From: a virus
Lineage: Duplodnaviria > Caudoviricetes
Virus record (IMG/VR): IMGVR_UViG_3300028048_000069
Coordinates: 32,001 to 96,000 of that record
Reading direction: 5' to 3' (one strand)
DNA length: 64,000 nt
This document shows, in pieces, positions 1-10,689 of this stretch (the first letter of the stretch is position 1; every line of letters begins with the position of its first letter). A model generated the notes under the pieces. The model did not search any database and was not told where the DNA came from. It saw only the letters and a list, made by a program, of their open reading frames with translations. Position numbers and translations under genes: made by a program.

Positions 1-29
1 ATAAAAACGACCCAGAAGCGAAAAAACTT

Positions 30-299
30 ATGCACGCAGGCCATTTTATAAGTAGAACCATTAAGCAATTATTGTTAGATGAGAAAAATGTAAATGCTCA
101 ATGTAGAAATTGTAATGGGCAGCAAGATTGGCAAGGCATAGACCCTAGATATTGCTCGTATATGGTTAAAAAATATGGCCCAGAAGTTTTTGATTATTTA
201 CAAGCCAAAAAATCAATTCCTTGGGTTGAGCCGACACTTGAAGAATGGATGGCTTTAAGGGATTTTTGGAAAGCGAAATTAGAGGAGTTTAAAATATGA
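30..299 (+). CDS. NinG/Rap-like recombination endonuclease (probably 5'-truncated by window edge)
   Basis: HAGHFISR...NVNAQCRNCN HNH-like Zn motif typical of NinG; the frame is open upstream to position 3. Confidence 0.65.
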   Translation: MHAGHFISRTIKQLLLDEKNVNAQCRNCNGQQDWQGIDPRYCSYMVKKYGPEVFDYLQAKKSIPWVEPTLEEWMALRDFWKAKLEEFKI

Positions 300-1603
300 T
301 AGATATTGATATTCCTCAATTTAAGAAAGGTGTTTCTGATATATGTAAATTATTTAAAACTATGTTTCAAAACGATAGAAATATTATTATTTCTAAAAAT
401 GATATCAATTACATAAATAATCTTGACCAATTATTTTCCCTTAAAACATCTAATAATACATCTTATAATTTCGCTATAAATTACACCTTAACTCAAATAC
501 AAAATTTTAGAGAAAATATTTGTATCAATCCAATTTTATACATAACTGCATTCGAACAATTAATAAGCGGAATTACTTCTTTTAGAGATTTAGAAAAATA
601 TGATTTTAAGAAGGTGGTTGACTTTCTTAAATGGTATTATGAAAATTCTAATTTATCAAAAGCAAAAATAAATAAATTGGATATTCAAAGATTATTCTAT
701 AAAGAGCGACAAGATAAATTTTTATCAAAGATTATAGATTTAGTATGTAATAGATGTAATGTAGAAATCGTTGAATCAAAGGTTAATAATCTTATCAAAC
801 ATAAGTATTATAAATTAAGAGCAAATTATGTTTGCGGTCAACTATATGGTTCGGATTATAGAATTTTTATTACCGATACTCTTACCAAAGATTTATTTAT
901 TAAATTAGTTAATATTAAACTTCCTATATTAGTTCTTTGTAATAATGTCGATTTTGAAATAACAAATTCTTATAGATTATCCATTTTTAAAGTAACTCCT
1001 ACTGAAATTCTAAAAAATTATGATTGTATTTGCTTACTTACTGGATTTGGAAGAGGCTATCAAAACCTAGATGTTGAAGAATTAAATAGTTATAGTTTTG
1101 GCGCGGTAAGAGAATTTAAATTTATAGAAGGAACTTTACAATTTTCTGGAACTGTTCAATATGAAGCAAAACAAGTAGAACAGTTTAATAAAAAAGAAAC
1201 CCTTAATAAATACTATGCTTTACAAGGTAAAAATTTATTAATTGAATGCACAGAAGAATATTTAGAAAAGGTTAAATCAATAGTTTCTACCATAAAAGCA
1301 TTACAAAATAATGGTATTTTTTATACAGAAACTAAAACATTAAAAGTAATTATGAAGTCATTTGATGATGATTCCAAATTGAAATGTTTTATATATGATT
1401 TAGCAAAAAATTATTTGAGTTTATTTCATTTTGATTATAATAAGATACAACAAGTGATAGATAATGGTGATCTATCGGCCAGTTTTAATGTTAATACTGG
1501 TAGTTATGATGAAGAGATATTTACCTCATTAGATTATTATCTAAACATCTTCGCACTCTTGGATAGTAATGTAAAAACTTTGGGTAAATTAGGGATTGGA
1601 TGA
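296..1603 (+). CDS. Highly divergent GroEL/chaperonin-like protein
   Basis: Segments align by eye with GroEL equatorial elements (KKGVSDICKLFKTMFQNDRNIII; KVKSIVSTIKALQNNGI; SFNVNTGSY); GDGTTT motif absent. Confidence 0.45.
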   Translation: MIDIDIPQFKKGVSDICKLFKTMFQNDRNIIISKNDINYINNLDQLFSLKTSNNTSYNFAINYTLTQIQNFRENICINPILYITAFEQLISGITSFRDLEKYDFKKVVDFLKWYYENSNLSKAKINKLDIQRLFYKERQDKFLSKIIDLVCNRCNVEIVESKVNNLIKHKYYKLRANYVCGQLYGSDYRIFITDTLTKDLFIKLVNIKLPILVLCNNVDFEITNSYRLSIFKVTPTEILKNYDCICLLTGFGRGYQNLDVEELNSYSFGAVREFKFIEGTLQFSGTVQYEAKQVEQFNKKETLNKYYALQGKNLLIECTEEYLEKVKSIVSTIKALQNNGIFYTETKTLKVIMKSFDDDSKLKCFIYDLAKNYLSLFHFDYNKIQQVIDNGDLSASFNVNTGSYDEEIFTSLDYYLNIFALLDSNVKTLGKLGIG

Positions 1604-2409
1604 TGGCAGAAACCACATATGGGGTGCGAAAGTATACTTGCTCGGATAAAACTAAAAGACCCCAAAAAGGAAGTCAAAATTTAGAGAAATTAGAGAAGAG
1701 AAACTCAACACAAAGAAGGCTATATATCACATTGGATAATATAGATGAAATTTTTTCTGAAAATGATGATAAATATCCTGTTTGTTATGCCTTAATTTTT
1801 AATACAATTCAAGGCAAAGTAACTAAGTATTTTAATGGGCGCAGTTATGATAGAAAAAAGGAACTTTCTTACGATTGTATGAATGTTCTTTATAGCACAT
1901 TAAAACGAAAACTATTGCGGATGAAAGATGCTCAAGGTTTACTGAACCCACCGCCTGTTTTATTCTTTTATTTAAGTCAATTCTTTAGATATGTAGAACT
2001 TGTTGTATTTAGTGTTGTTCATTATGGACAACAAGACCTAAAATATATGGTTCAAGAACCAGAAGATTTTGCTATAGATGCAATGCAAGGCGAGGAAGAT
2101 GGTTTTATAAGTAAGGATGAGATGGATGATTATATTTTAGACCCTAAAACACTACTTAATGATGATAAAGTGATGTTGGAGACGGAAGATACTGATAATT
2201 CAGATAGAATAAAGAAATGCATTGATTCAAATAAATTATTAAGTGATAGGGAGAAATCGGTACTGTTTAGAATATATAAAAATTCATACTCTAGTTTTGG
2301 TAGCAAAGCATTAACAAATAGAGATAATGAAGTTTTGATAGGTATTCAAAACAGATTAAAAAATGACCCTGCATTGTTAAAGGATTTAGAGGAGATATTA
2401 AATGCCTAG
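1600..2409 (+). CDS. Hypothetical protein
   Basis: 269 aa ORF, ATGA-coupled to upstream gene. Confidence 0.7.
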   Translation: MMAETTYGVRKYTCSDKTKRPQKGSQNLEKLEKRNSTQRRLYITLDNIDEIFSENDDKYPVCYALIFNTIQGKVTKYFNGRSYDRKKELSYDCMNVLYSTLKRKLLRMKDAQGLLNPPPVLFFYLSQFFRYVELVVFSVVHYGQQDLKYMVQEPEDFAIDAMQGEEDGFISKDEMDDYILDPKTLLNDDKVMLETEDTDNSDRIKKCIDSNKLLSDREKSVLFRIYKNSYSSFGSKALTNRDNEVLIGIQNRLKNDPALLKDLEEILNA

Positions 2410-3187
2410 CGGAAGAACAGCAATTTTAGACAATTCAGTACATGTTAAATACATATTAGATTGTATTTCTAAGGGTATTTCTGTACCTAATATTCAAAAA
2501 GGGTTATTACAGCGCGGATTTAAGGTGTCTGTTCCTACTATTAGAAATTATGTAAATAGAGTTAAGAAAAAGGGAATAAATATAAATAAATTTATTGTAG
2601 AGACCGAATCAACTGCGCTTGATATTAATAATAAAATAAAGGGTATTAAAAATTTATCAAGCATTTTTAATAGAAGAACTTATTTAATTCAAACCTTATT
2701 AGATAGAAGAAATAAGATGCTTGAATATGCTTCTGAAGGTCCCAGAACTGGTTGGGTGGAATCAGAATTAGAAAAATTACATAAATACATTGACGAGCAT
2801 AAGGATAAACTTCCTTTAAATATGTATAATGAAATGATTTTGCAAATTGTATCAATACAAAGGTATGTTGGGCAAAACTTTTTAGATTCAAAATGTTATC
2901 CATCCATTGAAGATGCTATAAGAAAGAATACGATGGATATACACGAACTTTGTAAGTACATAGAACAATGGACATCTAGGTATGAAGTTGAGGCTTTAAT
3001 GGAAAAATTATGTGAAGGATTAACAAAAGCCGCAGTTAATACCTTTGGTCCATTGTTAAAACGAGAAACTGAGAACTATAGAAAACAATATATTGATAAA
3101 TTCCTAAGTGAAGTTGATACATTGATGAATGATTTAAAATCCTATCAGTTGGAGATAGAGGGTGAAAAATATGGTTCGGAAAAATAA
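2402..3187 (+). CDS. Hypothetical protein with N-terminal HTH-like region (terminase small subunit candidate)
   Basis: GISVPNIQKGL...VSVPTIRNY HTH-like pattern, helical remainder, close upstream of terL. Confidence 0.4.
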   Translation: MPSGRTAILDNSVHVKYILDCISKGISVPNIQKGLLQRGFKVSVPTIRNYVNRVKKKGININKFIVETESTALDINNKIKGIKNLSSIFNRRTYLIQTLLDRRNKMLEYASEGPRTGWVESELEKLHKYIDEHKDKLPLNMYNEMILQIVSIQRYVGQNFLDSKCYPSIEDAIRKNTMDIHELCKYIEQWTSRYEVEALMEKLCEGLTKAAVNTFGPLLKRETENYRKQYIDKFLSEVDTLMNDLKSYQLEIEGEKYGSEK

Positions 3188-3794
3188 ACTTTGTGAAGAT
3201 GAATTGATGACAGAATTTGATTTTACTAAAAATATTACAGTTAAGAATAAGTTGGATTATTCTCCCAAAATTTATACTATTAATTTTTGGCACGATTTCG
3301 ACGACCCTAGAAATTATATACCATATTTTAAGGTATTAGAAGATGCACACGAAGAAGACCAAATAGTATTTTACTTTAATTCACCAGGTGGTGATGTTAG
3401 TACATTAAATTTGTTTTTAAATGCTCTTCGTAGATGCAAGAGTAAATATATTTTGGCCAGAGTGAATTATGCTGCAAGCGCGGCCGCATTGTTAGCATTA
3501 TATTGTGATAATATAGAGTTTAATACAAATGCAACTTTAATGCTACACAACTATAAGGGTTTATTTTATGGTAAGGGTCAAGAAATCAAAGCAGATTTTG
3601 AACACAGTAATAAGAAATTTGAAGATATGCTAAAATACATCTGCAGAAAGATTTTGACCGATAAAGAAATAGAAGAACTTATTAATGGAAAGGACTTCTA
3701 TTTTAGTGGTGAAGAGGCTGTAAAACGATTAAAAGCGCGTGCAAATGAAAAAATAAAGGAAGACAAGAAGAAAAAGAAAAATGGACTTAAATAA
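3162..3794 (+). CDS. ClpP-family serine protease (possible prohead protease)
   Basis: FNSPGG, AASAA (catalytic Ser) and MLHN (His) motifs. Confidence 0.85.
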   Translation: MKNMVRKNKLCEDELMTEFDFTKNITVKNKLDYSPKIYTINFWHDFDDPRNYIPYFKVLEDAHEEDQIVFYFNSPGGDVSTLNLFLNALRRCKSKYILARVNYAASAAALLALYCDNIEFNTNATLMLHNYKGLFYGKGQEIKADFEHSNKKFEDMLKYICRKILTDKEIEELINGKDFYFSGEEAVKRLKARANEKIKEDKKKKKNGLK

Positions 3795-5577
3795 CATTTT
3801 TGATGAATATTTTAAAGAGAGTGATGAACAAAATCCTGATGAAGTAATATGGGAAGAAACCCCACTTACTTTTAAGGAATTTGTTCATTCTCCAGAACAT
3901 ATGAACTTTCCGCCTTTATCAGAAAGGCAGATGGATGTGTTTGATTTTATGTTTGGAGATGATCCGAAGAAAATATTTGAAAATGAACATTATTTAAGCA
4001 TTTTGGCTTGGGGTAAAGGTAGCGGAAAAGATACAATAGCATATCTTTGTACTCTTTATGTAGTGTATGTATTGTTATGTTGTAAAAATCCTACCAGTTT
4101 ATTTAAGGGGGTGCATGCCGACTATTTAGATATTCTAAATGTGGCTTATTCATATCCACAGGCAATTCAAATCTTTTTTGCTAAATTAAGAAATGCAGTT
4201 AAAGATTGGAATTGGTTAAAAAATAAATATAGATATGTTGATTCTGGTCGTTCTATAAAAGACGATAAGAAGTACGAAACTATGGATATAGTAAATATCA
4301 AACAGGATATTATTATTTTCCCCAAAAAGATACGTGCTATGTCAAAATGTTCCCAACAAAATGCCGCAGAAGGTACAAACCTACTTGTATGGATTGCCGA
4401 CGAGTTTAGTGCATTTTCCGATAAAAACAATAAATCAAATGCTATGGAAATGTTTGATACTTTAAGAACTTCTAGCACTACTCGTTTCCAAAATTATGGT
4501 AAGGGGTTTGTAATATCCTTTACTCGCTACAAAAATGATCCTATTTTGAAGTTAATTGATATGTACAAGGATGATATCAATGTTTATACAGATATAGCAA
4601 GTACATTCGAAGTTAAGCCAAAATCTGCTTTTAAAGGCGAATGGGGGAATTGGAATGGTATAGAGATGCCTGTATCTTTTATAAACGATTTTGAGATAAA
4701 TCCAGAAGGAAGTAAGGCAAAATATCTATGTCAGCCACCAGATGCAGAAGACCCTTGGATTACTGAAAAGGGGTTATTGGAAGATAGTTTTGAAGATAGA
4801 GTACCTATGTTTGAATTTACAGAATCAATTCATCCAACTGTAAATGGAAATATGATACATAAGGATATTGTTAAAAAGAATTTTAATATTCCAAATATGA
4901 CTTATGTATTGGCAGGTGATATTGGTTTAACAAATGATAGGTCTGTAATTACAATGTTCCACGACGAATCAACCTATTTACCAGATGGTTCAGTTAGAAA
5001 GCATTATGTACAAGATTTTTGTTTAACTTGGATACCAAATAAGAAAGAAAATAAGAAGGTAGATATCAATAATATAGAATATATTATTAAAAAGATTATT
5101 TTTGAATATAAAGTACCCATTGTTAAAATTATATTCGACCATTTTTCAAGCAGCCAACTATTAGATGAGTTGGCAAATAATGGGGTTTTAAGTCAACAAT
5201 TTACACTCCGCGCAGAAAATTTTGTAAATTTTAAGAATTTGCTCTATACAGGTTGTATTGATTTAATACAAGATTCTGAAGTAGAAAATGAAATGAAACG
5301 ACTTATAAATGGTACAAGAGGATTACCAGACCACCCAGAAGGAGAGCACGACGATAGATTTAGAGCCATTTGTTTAGCAGTAAATGATTTAGATGGTTCT
5401 GGTGGAAAAGATAATGTTGTAGTAACTCAAGATGGTATATTTTTGAAGGGAAGAAAGAAGAATTTATCAGGTGTGGGAACAGAAGGAGACACAATAAAAG
5501 CCCGATTTCATCAGCAGATGTCTATAGATGATGATGACACCTTTGATGCTATTCAAGCAGTTAATTTCGAAAACTAA
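3781..5577 (+). CDS. terL: Terminase large subunit
   Basis: Walker A GKGSGKD, Walker B WIADE, nuclease AGDIG and DHP..HDD motifs. Confidence 0.9.
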   Translation: MDLNNIFDEYFKESDEQNPDEVIWEETPLTFKEFVHSPEHMNFPPLSERQMDVFDFMFGDDPKKIFENEHYLSILAWGKGSGKDTIAYLCTLYVVYVLLCCKNPTSLFKGVHADYLDILNVAYSYPQAIQIFFAKLRNAVKDWNWLKNKYRYVDSGRSIKDDKKYETMDIVNIKQDIIIFPKKIRAMSKCSQQNAAEGTNLLVWIADEFSAFSDKNNKSNAMEMFDTLRTSSTTRFQNYGKGFVISFTRYKNDPILKLIDMYKDDINVYTDIASTFEVKPKSAFKGEWGNWNGIEMPVSFINDFEINPEGSKAKYLCQPPDAEDPWITEKGLLEDSFEDRVPMFEFTESIHPTVNGNMIHKDIVKKNFNIPNMTYVLAGDIGLTNDRSVITMFHDESTYLPDGSVRKHYVQDFCLTWIPNKKENKKVDINNIEYIIKKIIFEYKVPIVKIIFDHFSSSQLLDELANNGVLSQQFTLRAENFVNFKNLLYTGCIDLIQDSEVENEMKRLINGTRGLPDHPEGEHDDRFRAICLAVNDLDGSGGKDNVVVTQDGIFLKGRKKNLSGVGTEGDTIKARFHQQMSIDDDDTFDAIQAVNFEN

Positions 5578-5584
5578 AATAAAT

Positions 5585-5602
5585 TCATTTATATTTTATA
5601 TA
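5585..5602 (+). promoter_or_regulatory. Candidate late-promoter motif TCATTTATATTTTATATA
   Basis: 17/18 identical to 10643-10660; both lie just upstream of putative virion genes. Confidence 0.45.
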
Positions 5603-5624
5603 CTTATCGGGAGATTATTACAAA

Positions 5625-7316
5625 ATGGCACAAGATGTCTATAAATTAACTACATTAAATCTTTTTGAAGATTTAAAAGATACAAACATTTCTAACAGCG
5701 AATTTAAAGAAATTATCGCTTCATATTCAAAATTAGGTCAAGAATATATAAAAGATAACCAAGTTGAGTTGTTTAAGGATTTAAACAAGCAAAAAGAAAT
5801 TATTTTTTCTTACCTACCTTCGTTCAAAAAAGAAAGTTTAAAGAAAGTAGCCCACTTACATAAATCATTAGAAGCAGAAATGGGTAATATTGACGAAATT
5901 GATACCTTACAAACTCCCGAAAAACAGGTTCAATTTGTTAAAGTTGCTTATAATAATGGTAAGTGGACAATAAGTGCCAAGAATTTTGATAATGCCGAGT
6001 TCACTAACAAGGAAATTCCAGATGCTATCAATTGTTTAATTAGTGTGTGTGATAGATTGGATGAACAAGAAGCCGCTTATGCGCTGTGCCATGCCAAAAA
6101 AGCGGGTCTGTTCACTATGGCTGAATTACCCTATGTTAGAACAGAGGACTTCAATAATACAGCATTAGAAACTAGATATATTAAAGATCCTGGTACAACT
6201 TTAGGCCCAGTAGAACACTCTTGGGAATCTTCGGTTGATAATACAAATATGCCTGTTTCAAGGCAGATTGCCTCTGAAGATTTCCAAGAGATGGATAGCT
6301 TCAAAGATGAAGATGGTGATATTATTACCATTTCTTCAGTTAGCGGTGATGCTGTTATCACTTTTGATAACGATATCTACACTAAAGAAGAAGTGGAAGA
6401 AAATATTAGCAGTGGTCATTGGACAAAGGTTGAAGCGGCCTCTTCTGACATTAAATTAAAAAGATTGGAAAAAGAATTTGAAAGTATTGTTTCTGGTCTA
6501 CAAGATAAATTAGTGTTAGACGAAGCGGCACAAAGATTGAAAGATGAATTATCTCAAAAAGTTGATGCATTAGTAAGTGGTAAACTTGAGCAATATGATG
6601 AGTTAAAAGCAACCATTGAGCCTAGATTAAAAAAGATTGCTGCTAAAATTGATGCTATTACAGCCGAAGATGATAAATCAATCAAGTTGTTCAAAACTTT
6701 AAAAGCGAAAATAGGTCAATATATATTAAATTATAGCAAGCCATTAGATAAATATCAGAGAAAGGCTGTTTCTAAAGTAGAAGATGTAGAAGCACTCCTT
6801 GAACAAGCACGCGCTTATGTATCTCCTAAAAACTTGAAAGCCTTTGAAGAAAATGTTGTAAATAAATTCTTCTATTTTAATACTAAATCTGAAGTTTTCA
6901 ATTATGATTTAGATATGAAAAATCCTGAAAACCAAGAAATGGTAAATGAGCAGATAAACGAATTGAAAAAGAATATTAAAACTTCACAAGATAACAGTTT
7001 CTTGAAGGATGCTGCTTATGAAGAGTTAGATAGAATGTTAATTAATGGTGATTTGAATTTCAATCAGTACAATACCTTATCAGATTTAGCAGAAATAAAT
7101 GCTAAACCTGTATTGAGTTCATTAAAAACCATTAAAGCATCTCTCAAAAAGGATGTTAGAGCCGACTTCTTGGGTTCTATAACAAATGTAGTAAAATCCT
7201 TGTTTAACTCTATGAAACAGTGGATTACAAGCACTTTAACCTATGTATTAGGCCAAGAAAAGGATGTAAAAGATTTAAACGAGCAATTAGAAGAACTTAT
7301 TCAAGAGGGAGAATAG
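5625..7316 (+). CDS. Hypothetical protein, probable virion/internal head protein
   Basis: 563 aa, acidic/coiled-coil, GGGAG RBS, within head module. Confidence 0.55.
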   Translation: MAQDVYKLTTLNLFEDLKDTNISNSEFKEIIASYSKLGQEYIKDNQVELFKDLNKQKEIIFSYLPSFKKESLKKVAHLHKSLEAEMGNIDEIDTLQTPEKQVQFVKVAYNNGKWTISAKNFDNAEFTNKEIPDAINCLISVCDRLDEQEAAYALCHAKKAGLFTMAELPYVRTEDFNNTALETRYIKDPGTTLGPVEHSWESSVDNTNMPVSRQIASEDFQEMDSFKDEDGDIITISSVSGDAVITFDNDIYTKEEVEENISSGHWTKVEAASSDIKLKRLEKEFESIVSGLQDKLVLDEAAQRLKDELSQKVDALVSGKLEQYDELKATIEPRLKKIAAKIDAITAEDDKSIKLFKTLKAKIGQYILNYSKPLDKYQRKAVSKVEDVEALLEQARAYVSPKNLKAFEENVVNKFFYFNTKSEVFNYDLDMKNPENQEMVNEQINELKKNIKTSQDNSFLKDAAYEELDRMLINGDLNFNQYNTLSDLAEINAKPVLSSLKTIKASLKKDVRADFLGSITNVVKSLFNSMKQWITSTLTYVLGQEKDVKDLNEQLEELIQEGE

Positions 7317-7319
7317 TAG

Positions 7320-7874
7320 ATGATTGTGGTTAATAAAAGAAGTGGGCATAAATATATTGTTGCATCAATTATAAATATGCCCGAGCAAGAAAACTTGTAT
7401 AAATTAGAAGATTCTAAAGGTAAATTTAGATTAGTTAAAGAGTCTTTAATAAATGAAAAATTTATTAAGAAAAGTGCCGAAACTGGTAAAGCGGTAGATT
7501 ACTTTTCTGAATTAGATTTAATTAAAGATAAAGTAGTAGAACGAGTTAATAAGATTAATGAAGTTTTAAGATGGGTGGAATCAAGAAAATCTCTTCTAGG
7601 TAAAGATTCCCCAGAATATCAAAAATTGGAACAAGACGAAGAAAAGTATAAACAAGACCTTAAATATTATCAAAAGGTTTTGGAAACTGTAAAGGATAAA
7701 ATCGTTGATTTCCAATCTCTCCAAAGTCGTGTTAATCTAGAAAGACAAATAGACCTACAAGAATTATATAATTCTATAGGTTTATCCCCAGAAAAACTAG
7801 AAAAGCAAGATGTCCAACTTACAACGGAAACCCCTTCCGAAGTAAAAGAAACAACAGAAGTAGTAAATAAATAG
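7320..7874 (+). CDS. Hypothetical coiled-coil protein
   Basis: 184 aa ORF with GGGAG RBS. Confidence 0.65.
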   Translation: MIVVNKRSGHKYIVASIINMPEQENLYKLEDSKGKFRLVKESLINEKFIKKSAETGKAVDYFSELDLIKDKVVERVNKINEVLRWVESRKSLLGKDSPEYQKLEQDEEKYKQDLKYYQKVLETVKDKIVDFQSLQSRVNLERQIDLQELYNSIGLSPEKLEKQDVQLTTETPSEVKETTEVVNK

Positions 7875-7886
7875 AGTAGTTTTAGA

Positions 7887-7898
7887 TTAGTATAATAT
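7887..7898 (+). promoter_or_regulatory. TTAGTATAATAT promoter-like motif (one of ~14 exact or near copies)
   Basis: Contains TATAAT; recurs at gene boundaries across the window. Confidence 0.6.
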
Positions 7899-7937
7899 AT
7901 ATATGATAGATTATCATATATAGAGGTGGATTTTCTT

Positions 7938-8447
7938 ATGATAAGTCCTTCCAACCTTATCAATTTTATCTCGGAATCTTTTTTGGACTACCCTGATAAT
8001 AGTAGTTTATCTGTCATTTTTTATATGCCAGGCTGTGATAGAAACTGCATTGGGTGTCAAAATAAAGATTTACAAAGGTTTGAAGGATATTTAGAAGTTC
8101 CACTTTTAACAGATTTATTGTATTCTTATTGTGAAAAATCAAGAACTAATAAGTTATGCTTGCAAGGTGGCGACCCCTTATATAAAGAAAATCTTTATTT
8201 TACAAAGTATATTTTATTAAAACTTGGTAAGAAATTGGATATTTGCATATATACAGGCGCAACATTAACACAAGTAAAAAAACTTAATTTAGAAGGTTTT
8301 AAGTTTATTAAATGCGGTAAGTTTGATAGTTCTAAATATATAGGTTCAAAGAAAACAGATACCTATTTACAATTAGCAACCAGTAATCAACAATTATATG
8401 ATAAAGATTTGAATTTAGTTTCAAAAGACGGAATTTATTATTTTTAA
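7938..8447 (+). CDS. nrdG: Anaerobic ribonucleotide reductase activase (radical SAM)
   Basis: CDRNCIGC CxxxCxxC motif, GGDP, YTG; adjacent to nrdD; ATG 7938 follows GAGGTGG. Confidence 0.9.
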   Translation: MISPSNLINFISESFLDYPDNSSLSVIFYMPGCDRNCIGCQNKDLQRFEGYLEVPLLTDLLYSYCEKSRTNKLCLQGGDPLYKENLYFTKYILLKLGKKLDICIYTGATLTQVKKLNLEGFKFIKCGKFDSSKYIGSKKTDTYLQLATSNQQLYDKDLNLVSKDGIYYF

Positions 8448-8460
8448 TGGAGTAAGTATT

Positions 8461-10638
8461 ATGGAAAACATAGAAGTAAAAAAACCACTTAAAGTTAATT
8501 TTAAAGGTAAGTACATCCCAAACGAAGAAGATAAACAATATCAAGTAGAATTAGATAAACTTACTGATAAAACATTTGCAGATGCGGGTAATACTAGAAC
8601 CATTAAAAATATTAGGGAAACTTTAATTTGGGCATTAAAGAAAAAATATGGTAAAACAAATGGTGAATTAAAAGCAATTACTGATGGTTTATTAAAAATT
8701 CATGGTTTGCACGAAGATAATTTTGACCATATTAATTTATTTTCTAAATATATGACTAAAAACATCAATGATTTATCGATTGATGCTAATGCTAATAAAT
8801 CAGAAAAGTCAGTTAAAGGAGTGCTAAAAGATTTAGAGTTAAGTTCTGATAAACTTATCGGCTATGATATGCTTTATCGTACTATGAAGGAAATGTATGG
8901 TCAGGATGAGGCAAAAAGATTAGCAGGCGAAATGTATGATTTATCTTTAGGTCTGGCCGACAGTTCAAATATTTTAATTCCTTATTGTTGGGCAATTGAT
9001 GCTTCTAAACTAATTACAATGGGCAGAGATTTTGGAGTATTGCCTTCGAAACCATCTAAACGATTATCCTCTTATATTTCTGCTTTATGTGAAACAATCC
9101 ATCAGTTAGCGAGCCATTTAGCAGGTGCTGTTGCTATTGGTTCATTCTTTACAGATGCTGCTCATATTTTGATTTACAAAGAGCGTATACCCTTGAAAGA
9201 TATTAAAGAAAATAAGAAGATTAGAAAGCAGATTGAAAATGAGTTTCAACAATTTGTACATTCTGTAAACTTCCTTTCTAGAAATGGTAACGAAAGTCCT
9301 TTTACAAATATTTCTGTATTTGATAAAGAAAAATTAGATACATTCTTATCCGCAGATAACTATGGTTGGTTATTCCCAAATAGAATTGAAGTGTGTGTTG
9401 ATAATAATATGAAAGGTGAAGAAGTAAATGGGGAATGTACCTATAAAGTATCTAAAGAAGAGTTCAAAGAGTTTGTAAAGGATTATGTTTTTGAATTGCA
9501 GAAGATATTTGTAGATTTTTTTGATAAGGGCGACCCGATGAATGGTGGTATTAATTATCGTTTTCCTGTTGTAACTGTAAACTTTTCAAAACATAAAAAT
9601 GAAGAAACGGGTAGAGATGAGTTGGATCCACATAATGAACTTCTTGAATATATGATTAAGAAAGATATTTCTAAATATAATATCTTTACTTCATATGGTA
9701 CAAAGATTTGTTCTTGCTGTCGTATGATTAACAACACAGAACTTATGGATATGGCCGCTTCTGTAAATAGTTTTGGTGGAAGTAATGTATCTTTAGGTTC
9801 ACATAGAGTTGTTACTACAAATTTTGCTCGTATAGCCTATGAAGCAGAAGATTACGAAGAGTTTTTGGAAATTTTGAAAGATAGAGTTTACTCATCCGCT
9901 AAAATTTTAAAAGCGCATAGAGTATTGCTCACTAAATTAACTGAATTAGGTTTAGAACCATTTATTAAAAATGGTTGGATAAATATGAATAGAATGTTTA
10001 GTACATATGGTGTACTAGGCATTGTAGAAGCAGAACAAATTATTAAGCAAAAATTTGGAAAGAAAGATTTTGACTATATGGGCGATATATTAGTCAAGTT
10101 TAATACTTTATGTAAAGAGGCATCTGCTGAAAATGGTATTATTTTTAACATTGAACAAATTCCAGCCGAGAGTTTTGCAGTAAGATTGGCAGATGCGGAT
10201 AAATTATTATATGGAAATCCTTATGGATTAGACCCACTTTATGGAAATCAATTTGTACCTCTTTGGAAGAAAGCAGGTATTTATGAAAGATTGGAAATTG
10301 ATGGTAAATATAATCAATTATTAAGTGGTGGTGGTATTGTACACGCTCAAGCAAATAGTAAAGTTACTTCTACACAAGCCAAAAACATTATTTTACACGC
10401 AGTTGAGTGCGGATGCGAACACTTTGCTATAAATGTAGTTTATACACAGTGTACAGAATGCCATAATGTTGTTATAGGTAATGCTGATATTTGTCCAAAA
10501 TGTGGCGGAAAGCATTTTGACCATTATTCTAGGGTTATTGGTTTCTTTACAAAGGTAGAAGATTGGAATCCAACTAGAAGGGATTGGGAATTCCAGCGCA
10601 GACAATTTGTTGACCTTAAACAAGCCGATAAAAAATAG
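8461..10638 (+). CDS. nrdD: Class III anaerobic ribonucleoside-triphosphate reductase (no ATP cone)
   Basis: ESPFTN, FPVVT, SCCR finger loop, IPAES, C-terminal Zn ribbon and SRVIGF glycyl-radical motif. Confidence 0.93.
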   Translation: MENIEVKKPLKVNFKGKYIPNEEDKQYQVELDKLTDKTFADAGNTRTIKNIRETLIWALKKKYGKTNGELKAITDGLLKIHGLHEDNFDHINLFSKYMTKNINDLSIDANANKSEKSVKGVLKDLELSSDKLIGYDMLYRTMKEMYGQDEAKRLAGEMYDLSLGLADSSNILIPYCWAIDASKLITMGRDFGVLPSKPSKRLSSYISALCETIHQLASHLAGAVAIGSFFTDAAHILIYKERIPLKDIKENKKIRKQIENEFQQFVHSVNFLSRNGNESPFTNISVFDKEKLDTFLSADNYGWLFPNRIEVCVDNNMKGEEVNGECTYKVSKEEFKEFVKDYVFELQKIFVDFFDKGDPMNGGINYRFPVVTVNFSKHKNEETGRDELDPHNELLEYMIKKDISKYNIFTSYGTKICSCCRMINNTELMDMAASVNSFGGSNVSLGSHRVVTTNFARIAYEAEDYEEFLEILKDRVYSSAKILKAHRVLLTKLTELGLEPFIKNGWINMNRMFSTYGVLGIVEAEQIIKQKFGKKDFDYMGDILVKFNTLCKEASAENGIIFNIEQIPAESFAVRLADADKLLYGNPYGLDPLYGNQFVPLWKKAGIYERLEIDGKYNQLLSGGGIVHAQANSKVTSTQAKNIILHAVECGCEHFAINVVYTQCTECHNVVIGNADICPKCGGKHFDHYSRVIGFFTKVEDWNPTRRDWEFQRRQFVDLKQADKK

Positions 10639-10642
10639 TCTA

Positions 10643-10660
10643 TCATTTATATTTAATATA
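10643..10660 (+). promoter_or_regulatory. Candidate late-promoter motif TCATTTATATTTAATATA
   Basis: Near-identical to 5585-5602; upstream of portal. Confidence 0.45.
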
Positions 10661-10689
10661 TAGATTTAGTAAGGGAAACATCATAAAAT

